From contig CM022673.1 in NCBI GenBank assembly GCA_012295275.1, positions 13,392,001 to 13,456,000 of the forward strand: a stretch of 64,000 nucleotides of DNA, written 5' to 3'. The first letter of the stretch is position 1. Each line of letters starts with the position of its first letter. Positions 1-13,286 of the stretch are shown here, in pieces. The position numbers were made by a program, and so were the translations under genes. The DNA comes from Chrysomallon squamiferum. Lineage: Eukaryota; Animalia; Mollusca. The notes under the pieces were generated by a model. The model ran no database searches. It was not told the origin of the DNA and saw only the letters and a program-made list of their open reading frames with translations.

Positions 1-635
1 GTTTCATTCACTAACTTAATATTTATTTAAAACATTGTTGTCAGCAGTAAATATTCATTTTTCTTAAAGTTTTTTATTGTGTTGTTTTTTGTGGGATCTT
101 GTTATTGCTGTGAAGTATTTATATTAAACACGGAATAATAAAAAGTTGGTGTCATTGATTTTACTGTCTGTTTTGTGTGAAAAGAAAATATATGTATATT
201 CGGCACATCTGAACAGCAGTTAAAATTTTAAAATAGTTTTTCTTTTATTTCCTTTACCAACGATCTGAAGAGTTATTTCTGGTGGGTTTAAAATAATATT
301 TTATAAATTGTTTATGTATGTGCAAAACAAGCATAACAAATTATATATGTTCATTTGCATCCAAACTGAACATGTCAAATATATTAATTAAATTGACAAT
401 ATCCCAGAATAATGGCTAGTGAGTAGCGAAGTTAGTGTGAACCACCAATGAATACAGCATAGCTTTCTGGTGTCCAATATATAATAAGACTACATATATT
501 AAATAAGATAAATGCTTTTTTTGTGTACAATATTGTACAAAGTGTTGTATAGTTTAACTTATATATGGATTATCTAATTACACTTGAACATAATTATTAA
601 TACATTTATATTACAGAAATATATGTAGTTTCTAC

Positions 636-3600
636 CTGGAGACTCTCCATCTATTTCGCTGTTGACCATATCAGTGACGAAGTCACTAAGAGAGGAATAG
701 GAAGAACTGGTACTTTCTGCTCCTTCGCTGTCACTGCCACTTTCATCTGCAACCATTATATTTTTAATATACACCTGTATGGAAGTACATGCTAACACAC
801 ACACAGACCAACAACATAATATACACACACATTAAGTAAGCCATGTTCAGGAAACATTTAAATAGCCGAGTTAAAAATCTTTGTCTTAAATCATTTTATC
901 AATCAAGAGGACATATCTATATTTGAGTTTTGAAAGAGATACAGATATAAATATACACACAAACAAATACACCAATACACCAACATACACACATACCTGT
1001 ATGTACACATAAACTTACACATACACATACATGTATAAACATAAAATGTTAACTCAGTTACAATCTGTGTTCAAAATATTAGTAATTTAATAATGATAAC
1101 AGAAAATGATGTAGGCACCTCCTGAAACCAAATACGACAGGACGATATCAGATAAAAGAAAATTCTTTGCTTATAAATACTTGGATTGGGATGGTAAGAG
1201 TGGAAATAGATAAATATCCTGAGAAAATATTATCAATATTTACAGCTGTTAGAGATTCAGAAGCAATTTCACACAAATATGATAATAAATGTTAAGAAAG
1301 ATGTATTGTACCTGTTGGAATTTCGTCACTGTACATCTCAGAGGTAGAGCTTAATGCTGCACCAAGAGTGGAGTTTTCATCATACACTTTAAACTCCAAG
1401 GGCTGCAGATGTTGGGCATACCACTTTGGTTTGTCACCAATTAGGGAGGGGTCATATACACCTGTCTGGACCCGCAGGTAAACAACATTTAGTGGACACA
1501 GTGACCACTCCCCAAAATACTCCACAGCCTGTAACAGAACAAAATTCATTTATTTGTGTGTCTTTCTTAATAATAAACAAATTTTGTTAAATTCAATGTG
1601 TGTTAAGAATTAAAAAGCTGTCACAAATGTATTAAGCTAGTTATGAAATATGCTAACCATCTGAAAATTAATGTAAATATATTTGTAATTGAACCACATG
1701 AAATTTATTTAAAATAAAAAAAACCACAAAACTTCAAAAAAAAAAAAAAAAAAAAAAAAAACAAAGATAAAGAAAAAGGCTAAATAAAGTAAGAAATTTT
1801 TATATAAATTGTAATAAAAAAGAAAAAATGTTTACCACTCAAAAAACACATTACAAGATAAAAGCTGTAATAAAATGACATCCAAAAAACTTAAATTTTT
1901 GTTACAAGGAATTCTAAGTTTAATGTTTTAAACAAGTTTAAACAGCTAACTTACCTGTGTTCTAGCTAGCCGGGCTGTGAAGTGAGTTTTTATTGGTCGA
2001 GATTTCAGAAAACTGTAGATCTGGAAGGCTACAACTGGACGAGGGTAAAGTCGCATTGTTCTTGTGTGTTCACAGAAGTTTCCAAGAATGTTTGGTGAGT
2101 TGAAAAATCTTACCTATGTGGAGTGTAATAAAATACTTAAAATCATTATTTTTTTTCTCTTTTGATGACATTCAAAATTAAAAACAAAATGCTCACTCTT
2201 TTTCCCAAACTTATATAATAATTCTTTTTTTTTTTCTCTTGCTATCTCATTCTTTTTTTTTCTCTCCCTCTCTGTATATAACACATTAATACATACAAAA
2301 CAAAGAGGCACTTCTTCTGAAAATGAAATAAATAGGTTTTTTTTATTATTAATATTATGTTTATTTGAAATATTAACAGATTTTGTATAAAATATTAACA
2401 TAATATTCAGTTATTTTATTAAAAAGTTTTTTTTTTTAAATATCTAATTTTTAATAAACATGGTTAAAGTAAGGACAAACTATAAGATATATTTTTAGAT
2501 GAGTATTTTTATATTTAATTTATTAGAATTTTTTTTATTTAAAGATTATTAATATTATTTTAAATGAACAGAATTACAAAATTACCACATTCAAGCTTAC
2601 ATAAGAAATCTTAAAAGACAATCTAAACTTTTGAAATATTAAAATTCTTTACATCAGGTTTTGGTGTTTTTTTTGTTTGTTTTGGGTTTTATTTTCGGCT
2701 ATCTAAAAGTAATAACATGTAAAAGACATAAAACACATTTAAAAATGATACAACAAATAATAGGCTAAACATAAAACAATTTGCCTGTGTGAATCATTTA
2801 TGTTTCTGATAGAACACTGTTAATCCTCAATTTCATGACTAATATAATGGCATGCACCATTTTGGAAAATGCAAAAGTCTGGGAAATCATGAATGCAAAT
2901 ATTAATTCTAAAATTTACCAAAACATTAAACTTTAATATGCATAACAGCTGTGTAATACTGTAATATAATAATGTAAAAACAATAAAAACAAAAAAACAA
3001 AATAAACAACATATGTAAAGAAAAATGTACAGCAGAAAAATGTAGGTTAGACTGGGTAAAGTTTGTTTGGTTAAGATGGTTATGGGTGCAGTTGTAAAAT
3101 TTACACTTGCCTTGAGGGAAAGTGGCCTGAAAGAGGGTTGCCATATTCTATAATGGATTCAGAATAATTTAACAGTACTTAGGGGAAAGATTTTAAGAAA
3201 TCTGAAGCCAGTGAAAAATGAGGGTCAACAGTATGTATTAACACACACACAAACACAAACACACAACAATCCCCAAAAGAAGTCAACAGTAACTAGCTAT
3301 ACCATCAGACATGGAGATTATAGAGATTACATTAGATTATGCCTTGCTTGAGATAACATAGTGAAATATAATTTTTATTACAAAACAAATAAACATACAC
3401 AGAATGTGCATGAATGTTTTATATGTTGTCAAACACAAAACCTACCATTGCTACTCTAACTGCTACGTCCAGGCAGTCTGTATCTCTGCCGTACAGAACT
3501 GGTTTCACCTCACCACTACCACCGTCATCATCATCATCATCAACCACCTCTTCTGGCGGTGGGTTAATGATCTAGACAAAAACAAAATAAAAAACAACAC

Positions 3601-5102
3601 GACTGAGTTACAGACAACACCGACACTCACCATGGCAACCCGTGTAGCTACATCCACTGAGTCAACATCGTTGCCGTATATCAAGGGATTGAATCCCGTT
3701 TGTGAAGAGAAACTTTCTCTACGATGCCAAACTTCAGAATTTTGAGCAAGAGCGTCGAGGTTTTTGATTGGTTGAGGGGTCATGCTCATACTAGCAAGAG
3801 CCTGTAAACCATAGTTAGTTAAGTTAGTTGTTAGAGAAACTGCCGTGCATGCAGTAGTGCAGAAAAGTAAAATGTCCAAGCAAATTAGATTTTTAAAAAC
3901 AAGAACAAAAAAAAATTAGAAAAATATAAACATAAAAAAAAGACATTAACAAAACAAATTATATAATAATGAATTAATAGCATGTGCTAAAACATGGAGA
4001 TTAGGAACAAGTCGAATTAGAAAAATAAAAGAATGATGTGTGAAAAAACACAGCATTGTTAAAAAGCAATTAGAAAAAAAAAAAAAAAGAAGGCCAAAGT
4101 TTTAGTTAGTAATTAGACATCAGAAATTAATGAACTCTCTGGTGTGATGTTAATTTATTTGGATAAAACAGTAATATTAATTGAAAACAATTTTAAATTC
4201 TTTTTAAAATCTCACACATATACACATTGCAAATATGAGCACAGTAATAAAATTAAACAAGACATATTTAATGAACAGATTCTGCTGGCATGAACATTTC
4301 AATCAAATTTATAAGGATTTTACAATAAAAAATATTTATATGAAAACAACATACTAATATAACAGTTATATCCCATTTACCACAATAAATAACTCCCCAC
4401 AGTAGATTAAATAATAAAATGAGATATAACAATTGGCCTTGGACCATGCTTTATGTTAGATTAACTGGCAGCAACAAATTTACATCTCTGCTAATAAAAG
4501 AAATCTCACTGCATTAGTGAATATCACACAGTGGCAAGGAGATAAAGACATCAATGACAGGAACATAACTATGGCAACACAATGATAACAACTTTTTTTT
4601 ATTATCAGTCAACTGCAGCTGGCATTTAATCAAATATATTTCTTAAATTGTTGGCTTGTATTTTCAAACAAATTTGGACATTCTATTTTTTTCGTAAATT
4701 GTTAGAAATTAAAATATTAATTTCCCTAGGTTATTATGTTTATGATAAAACGAATCTTTACCTGTTTGAGATGTGTTTTAAGTGCTGTAGCTTCTGGCTC
4801 TGGTAACGGTGGTAGATGTTCTGCAGTAGTTGGACAAATTATCTAAAAACAAGCATAAGTAATCAGATAATAATAATAATAATAATTGATATCCCAACAT
4901 ATAAATTTACTAACAACAAATCAAAATAAAATGAATAAAGAAGAAACCTTGTTAGAGTCTAGATCAACAAGCCAGATGTCATCAGGTAACTTGAAATCTT
5001 TCTTGTACAGGAAGAAACTGGCAGGTACTCCAATCAGAAACGGTGTTGGCGCCAAGAGCAACTGAAACAATAAATATATATATATATATATTTATTTATT
5101 TT

Positions 5103-5151
<49 letters not shown>

Positions 5152-8100
5152 CACCTGTTATCGCAAATGATTATTTTTTTCTTTTAGAAATTCTTTATTT
5201 CCAATAACAATTTTGTTAAATTACAACAGAAATGTAGCCTCTGCTAATATTCTGTTTATCAAATGTTAATGACTATTCTTATGACATGACTACTAAAATA
5301 AAATTCACAGGTTTTTCAGCATTTACAAAGTAAACAAATAAATAAATAAATAAATAAATGTTTCTCATTTCTTTTCTTTTTCCTGGATATCTGGATTAGT
5401 CATTTTCAATCATATTTTTGTACTTCAAAGAATATCAAAGAACATCAAAGAATATCCAGAACAAAGACAATATTCAATTATTAAAACTATTTCCATTTGT
5501 TTACCTGTTCAGCAGAAGCCATGCATGTTGGCAGGAGAGGGATAACAGGAAACATGTACTCCAGGGGGTAAAACATGGAGACAAATGCAATGACACTCAT
5601 AGACAAGGCATTGTAGTCTCTTGACTGTAGCACAACCTGCAGTTGACAAAAATAGGAAATAAATACTGTAACAAAATGTATAAATATAAATAGGCTTATT
5701 CATTCATTTTTAAGGAGATAACTGTAAATTCTTTATCATAAAAAAAAAAAAAATAATTTTTAATCTATGAAATATATAAAAAAGATAGCTTCCTTATATT
5801 CAGGTAATTATATTTATTTTAAATTATAATTAATTATAACAGAATAAAGGTAAATACTTTATATTCAATAAAGATAATATTAATTATAAATGGTTAAATA
5901 TAGTGTATAAATATAATAATAATAACTGTAATTGGTTAAGTACAAAAATGAAGTTTTTTCTATAAATAATAATACCAACTGGGTAAGTATAATATAAAAT
6001 ATGTTTCATTCTAAAACAATAACAACATCTGTATCTGGGCAATTATAAATTTAAAATACCTTCAGTAAAATATAATAACAGTTGCAATTTGGCACATATA
6101 AAAATAAAATACCTTCTACAAAAGATAATAATAATTATAAAAATACAATACCTTATGTTCAAGAATGACAGCAGTTAAGACCTTGAGACATGTGTCGACG
6201 CCGAGCAGCTCAAGAGGTAGATGAAGAGGAAAATCTATCAGTGTGAATCTCGTGTGATCGGGCAGAGCAAACAGCAGTGGGGGCTGGAGATCTTTAGGTA
6301 AGATGCTCACCTGAAAAATTGTGAAATGTATCAAAATGTGCAGGTGTAGTGCACATACTGTTCACCATTTTTGGTGTATTTATTGCCTATGTGCTTGTGT
6401 TTTTTTTATATGTGTTTGTGCAAGTGCCAGCATGTGCATACATGATGCACACGTGTAAGTGGTATGTTTACATGTTTATGTGTGTGTGCAATATGTAATG
6501 TTATAGATGCAGATGAGTGTGGAGCAATGTTTGCTTTAAGCCTCTCATTTTAATTTACAAATTATGGTGGTTTCAGCCACTGTATTTGTTTTTTTTGCAT
6601 AAAGCATCAAATGTTCTGCTCATTGGTTTGTGAGGTAATGTGGGTTTGGAAGTGTATATGTCTAGATGTAAAAATAAGTATGTATGTACGTGTATGCATC
6701 CACGACGTCCACAAATACAACACTACAAATTCTTAGATTACCACTACATTATTAACAAAACCAGATAAAGAAATGGATTTTTCCATTCTTGAGACACTTT
6801 TAACACTTCTGCCTGACTGAACAGAAATGCACTGTTACTATTTTCTCTCTCTTTTTAACACTTAGATAAGTTATCATTACCTCATTAGTCACATATAAAA
6901 TTAACCATTTTTATTTCTGACATCAAAATTTATTTACAAAATTACATACTAAGATTTATTAATTTAAAACAAAATTAAATAATAATATATATATATATGT
7001 TTGTATATGTATGTATGTATATGAATGTTGTATGTATGTATGTATGTATGTGTATATATTTGCATATATATATATATATATGTATGTATAAAATTGCTAA
7101 GTGAAATATAATGTCAGCATTAACAGTTTGAATAACACATCACTAAGCTGTTCAGTCTGATAAAGCATAGCCTGTAAAAGCTCCAGATGATAAATTCATT
7201 CCTCTGCCATATTAAGACATGATGTGTTAACATCGTAAGTCATTTGAAGGCATTATTCATATATTTTCAGTTACTGCTTGACAATTCTGAAAACAAAGAT
7301 AAATTATATTCTTTGTAATTGGATTCAGAATTAAGAATCAATATTAAGCTGTCTGTTGTGTCCCTAAGGACAAATGATATTCTGTGTCAGAGAGAAAAAA
7401 AAAGAGTTTATTAACATTTTCTGAAGATTCTGCAGATTCTGCCTTTTAACAGGAGCATTCAGAATAAGTGCTGTCATACTGTGAATTTATTTAATAAATT
7501 TTGATAAATATAATTCATTTGTACCAGTATCTTTTAAGAATTCGTATCCAATATCTAAAATAATTCTTAACATCTGATACCAGTGTGATTAATGGATATT
7601 CAATTTTTTTCTCCATACACAAACAAATTAATGCATTATTCTATAATAAATCTGTGACAATATTAACTGCAAAATAAATATTCTAATTTGTTTTGTATCC
7701 AAACTTTATCATAAGCAAATTATTATTGTCTAATATATTTTGTATTTTCCACTATGATCAAATTATGCTGGCTATGTTTTATACTTTCTCATAATCTAAT
7801 TATTCTTGCTGTTTTATAGTTTCACCAAATTATACTGACTATGTTTTATATTTCCACCATAATCAAATTATATCAATTCTGTTTTGTATATTCTCAATTC
7901 CCAGTTATATCAGATGTTGTTTTACATTCAAACAAATCTTTCAATATATGACAAAACACATCACTTACGTAAACAATGTTATTTGTCACAATGCCCAGAT
8001 AAACAAGAATTTTATTTACAGCCATTATGTGTCAGAATATCCAGCAACAACTCCCTCCCATTTCTCACCCCCTGATTTTTATTATTATAAACTGCTTCCT

Positions 8101-11100
8101 CCCTTGGGGTTGTGGTAACCAAACCGACCTAATTCATCAATGACTGGTTAATAACTGTGGTAGAGAAAAACAGTCTGGATATAGCCGAGAATGTAAAGCT
8201 AACAATCAATATCTGTGTGGGCACTGGAAAGAATCAATAGTGCTGTCATACATCACAGCTCTGTGATGTCAAAGTCTTCGTACAGTTAGCTAACAGGCAA
8301 TCAACGGTCGTTAAGAATTTCTGGACATTCTTCTGACTAAAATACACAGCATTTCATCATTATTTTTGACCTTTACATCTGTTTCTTTTTCTGTAATAAT
8401 GCGTCTCAGAATAATTTTTCTGAAAAATCAATATCTTTTGAGTTGAACATAATTCAGAAAGAACTGGCAACGAGTGGCAAACTAATTTTAAAATTATGTA
8501 CCTTTTACTGAGGATTTTTTTGTTCTTTTTAAAAAACAAAACAAAAAACTTATAATTTTGTTAATTTATTGTTGTAATATATTTGATATATATGTAAATA
8601 AAAGTTCCTAATATTTAGACCAGTCTGGGGGAGGGCAGTTGGAAACATGAAGCTGCCTCAAAAATGCATTTTATTCTAATCCAATACATCCAACTAAAAT
8701 TGTGTTTTTGACCTTTGTTAATAATAAAGCACTGATGCTTCCATTTTATCTTCATACTCAGGCAGTCTTGAATTAATATCTTATACAGAACTGATTTTAT
8801 TTTTAAATAGTTGATTGATCAATTTTCTAACTCTTGCTTTTTTATTTTCATTATTACATACACACACACACACACATTTAATATTTATTTCAAGAACTTC
8901 ATTTGAATTAAAAAGTGGATTCATTGTCATTTCATTCTTATAGGAAAGTAAAATATAATACATAAACACACTTATATTATTCACAACAACAATCTGTATT
9001 GTGATATTAATACAAGATGGAATAAAAACTGAAAATGGAAAAAAAAAAAAAAATTAAGTGTCTGCTTAATTATTATTTTTGTAATGCAGCATATGTTACA
9101 GATATAAAAACTTGGTATGGAGAACCTGAAAACATTTAATAAATACATCTCAGTAGTTAATGTAAGTAGACTAGTTTTATTTCTAAATAATAATGAAAAT
9201 GTAGGCATGTAATCAAGTACAGATCAAACAGTATTTATCAGCCACATACTGACTACATTATAGAATTTTTCTAAACTACATATTGGGAATTTAATATCAA
9301 ATTGATTTACATGAAATAAACAATGCATGACATCTGCAAATGAAAGAAATAAAATTACCATCTGTGTCTGTGGGATTTCTGCTGTGTAATTCTGTTTGCC
9401 TGTGTGTATGTGTGTGTGTGTGCGTGTGCATTTCATTATTTATTTATTGTTTGACACACACATACACCTATATAGATATACAGTGCAAAATTAATGTTTT
9501 ATTATTATTTAAATAAGTTATTCTTATGCAGCCAACAAACTGAATTTTCAAACTGTGAAACTTAGAAAATATACAGTTCAAATCATCCTACCCCTACCCA
9601 AAATTTTAGAAAAACACTTATAACATTAACAAGTTTCTAAGAATAAAGTGTAAAAGTCTTAAAAACATCTTTTATTCTAACCCCCAGGAATATTTTTGCC
9701 ATAGATAATTAAAAACTGTGCAGCAATCTAAAGCACTGTTGACAACCCCAGGCATCTGCCAGTTTTAATTCTGAATTTGCTTCTAGTAAAATGATAATCT
9801 TCTTTTTAATGAATATCTAACACTACAACATTATTATTATTATTATTATTTTGTTTTAGCAATGATAATTATTGATGCAGATGACAGGTGGAACAGTGTA
9901 GTTTTAACGTACTGGAGAAAGAATATAAAGTTAATTTTTATCTTTGTATGTAAATGATAATGAGTAGTGACGTAACAATAATTATCACAAACTTTTGCTA
10001 TGCTTCACATAAAAGGTAATAATGTAAACAGTTGTTTGAATAACATAACATTATTTACTTAATCCACAATTTCTGAATAATTAAATACAAACTGCCAAGA
10101 TTAATCTTGTGAATATATATATAGTAAATTTCCTCTGGGAATTTTGAAACATTTTGTGCAAATATTGGCAAACTTTCATTAGATTAATCTTTTTTATTTA
10201 AATGCAATCATTTTGATGGTCTGCTATAGTTCCTTTGTCAAGGCAGGTATACAGGCATTTAAAAATATATATAAAAACAAACAGATTTGTAATATCTATC
10301 ACAAAAATGTACAACTCAGTTTTAATATAGCTGGCAAAAACAAATTATTCTTGACCATGTAATATCATAAGGTTTTACAAAATAAGAGATTATAAAGCAA
10401 ATTAACCAAAATCATATTATCACACCAGAAATATAATACATTTTTATCTAGAAGTCACAAACATTAGGATATTTGTTTAACATGCTATATTTAGATAATG
10501 TAACTGCTGAGTAATGATACCTTTGCACGCTGTGTATTAAAAACGTAATGTATATTGTAAATCGATATTTCTAAAACTTTTCTCACAGGTAAAATTTCTT
10601 CTCGTCTTTCCTCTGAGATTTTCAAATACTTAGGATATTTCAAATTTAACTGATAACTGAACATTGCCTGCTTTACAATGTATGCTGCTAACAAACTATA
10701 CATAGTCATTGTGACTTTTTTCAAGTATTTTTCTCAAATGTTTTAAGGTCCTTGATATGTTTATTAATTAATTTTCATGATATGAGATTATTTAAATTGA
10801 TAAAATATGTTTTTATAATGTTATTAAAATTAAAATATTACTTCTAATTTCTAAAAATAATTTCTAAAAATTAAAATTTCTAAATAAACAAATAAGTCTG
10901 ATAATTTTGTCAGTGTAATAAAACAAGAAACAAAACTGAAAACAGTGTGTTGCTGTTGATTATCATAAAAATGATGTGAAAATGAAAATTATTAAAGACT
11001 TGAGGAATAATCAGTATTTGTGTTGTTGTTTTTTGGTGTGTTTTTTTAAATCATTAATATATGTGGGTTTTCTTCTTTCAAGCAGTGCATTTACTTTTTA

Positions 11101-13241
11101 ATTTGCATTTTTGTTCATTTTAATAAAACCTGAATTACTGGTTTCATTGGCACAGTATTTACAAATTAGAAAAGTAGTATTTAAATTTAGCAAATAAATA
11201 AATAAATAAAAGTACAAAAATGTAGTTAAAAATAAATTAAATGGCAGTTTTGATAGTTACACACACACAATAAACAGTCCTTCTTTATATATAATAAAAT
11301 TTTTGTTGCTGTTGTTTTTTTGTTTTTTGGAGGGGATGCAATGGGTTTTTTTAAATATTAATTTTATCAGTCTTTCCAAACAAATATGTCTAAATGCAGC
11401 TATATTTAACAAGTTCTTTTTCACATTTACATATACTTCAATATTTTGCATTTTTCTTTTTGCTTTATGCATGGGGCAGCATTAGATGGCCAAGATATTG
11501 CTGCAGAAATCATTAAAAGATATACCCAAGACATTAAAACTCTCAGATTTGTGATCCATTAAAATTACGTGTACCCACCATTTAACAAATACAAATGAGA
11601 CTTTTGGAAGAAAAAAATAATAATTTAAAAACAAAATTAAACGTGGATGCAAACAATTTTGTACTCTTTTGGCAGTGTCAGCCACCAACTAAATTTCAGC
11701 TGGACTGATATAACAATTGGAATGATGTGTGTAAATATTAATAATAAATTAATAAAGAAATAAACATTTAAAAATTAATAATTAAAAAAATAATTATTAT
11801 TATTATTATAAAATGCACACTACATTAATATCATGCAGTGAATAGCAATGATATAACATTTCAATAAATTTAATTGCATATCAACATTACTTTTGTTTTT
11901 TGCATGTGAGAAATATTCATTAGATGTTCCTGTGATGTTGTTTTAACAGCAGGTGATCATTGGCTAAGCATTCAATTATTTATAGCTTGGAGAACCATGG
12001 CTGCTAGCAGAATTCATCAGATCTGTCACTTTTTTACCACTTTCTTAATTAAGCAGGCAAGCAATAATTATGTAGAAATCAACAAATATTAATAAGAAAT
12101 AACAAAATCACAAATACAGTCCTGTAATAAAAATGACATAGTGGAGAAAATAAAGATCCCAAGAATAATCGATATGTGCTGTTTAATTAATTTTTCTTCT
12201 TTTCTACTTTTCTTATTTTTAGCTGTTTATTTTCACAAACTGTGTTTGATTTTAATTTTATATGTTCTTTTAGAATTGTTGGCACTGCATTTGCTGATAA
12301 ATAAGCATTTAAATTAAAAAAAAAAAAAAAAATTATATTTCTTAAATTGTAAAAAAGCAAGAAAAATTCAGAATTGTTCAAACTGAACAAAAAGTGATTA
12401 TGTACACTTTTGAAATTTATATCAAGTAATAAAGAACAATATGTTTTTCCATTTTTTTAAATAATTATTTTAATTTTATTCTCATGAATATTTGACCTTA
12501 TATTTATGAGCAGCTGTATTTTATGAGTCTTTTATTTATTTATAATTTTTTTTCACTAATACATTTATTTCACACCTGAAATTTTCATGTAATCAGTTAT
12601 AAAACGGCACTGAACAGAAACCATTACATAAAAGTTTATTCTACCATGACAACATCTTTAAACTTTTGTACTCACTGTCTCTGTGATTGTTCTATTGGTA
12701 CTGTATTAAATGAGTTTAATTCATTCATTTCTTGGGAGGTTTTGTTGCTTTTGTTTTGGGGTTTTGGGGGTTGGGGGGGGTGATTATAAATTTTTGTAGT
12801 TGTTGTTTTCTTTTTAAATAACTATTTTTATTTATTTTAAAGGAAAATAATTTTGGCTTTTTAAGAAGTCTTCATTATCAATTCAAATACTAAATATGCT
12901 TTAATGTTTTAATTAATAGTAATTCTATTACCATTTTATAAAAATTCACCATGTAAGGAGATTTTTTTTTAAATGTATAATGTTATTACTGTTAACTGGG
13001 AGAGACAGAATTATATAATTACCTCGACTCTGGTCTTAGTAGGCACTGGTACAGGAGCACTAAGAAGTCTCAGAATCCAAGTCTCAATTTCTCTAACTTC
13101 ATGCATAACAAGGGATGGAATGTTATCACTGCACTGGCCTGTCAACACACCCCATACTGTGTCTCTGAAATCAGTCATATTAACTTTAAATAATATTATC
13201 ATCATTCACAGACTCTGAAATTATCTCCCTTAAATTACATT

Positions 13242-13286
<45 letters not shown>

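Noticed and set aside
3404-3879. ORFs 3404-3745 (+) and the read-through tail of 3505-3879 (-)
   Set aside because: Antisense or out-of-frame shadows of MADD exons A and B.
12676-12700. 25-nt segment bounded by cag and gtgagt in the large MADD intron
   Set aside because: Weak acceptor, not frame-preserving, in-frame TAG, and no other support.
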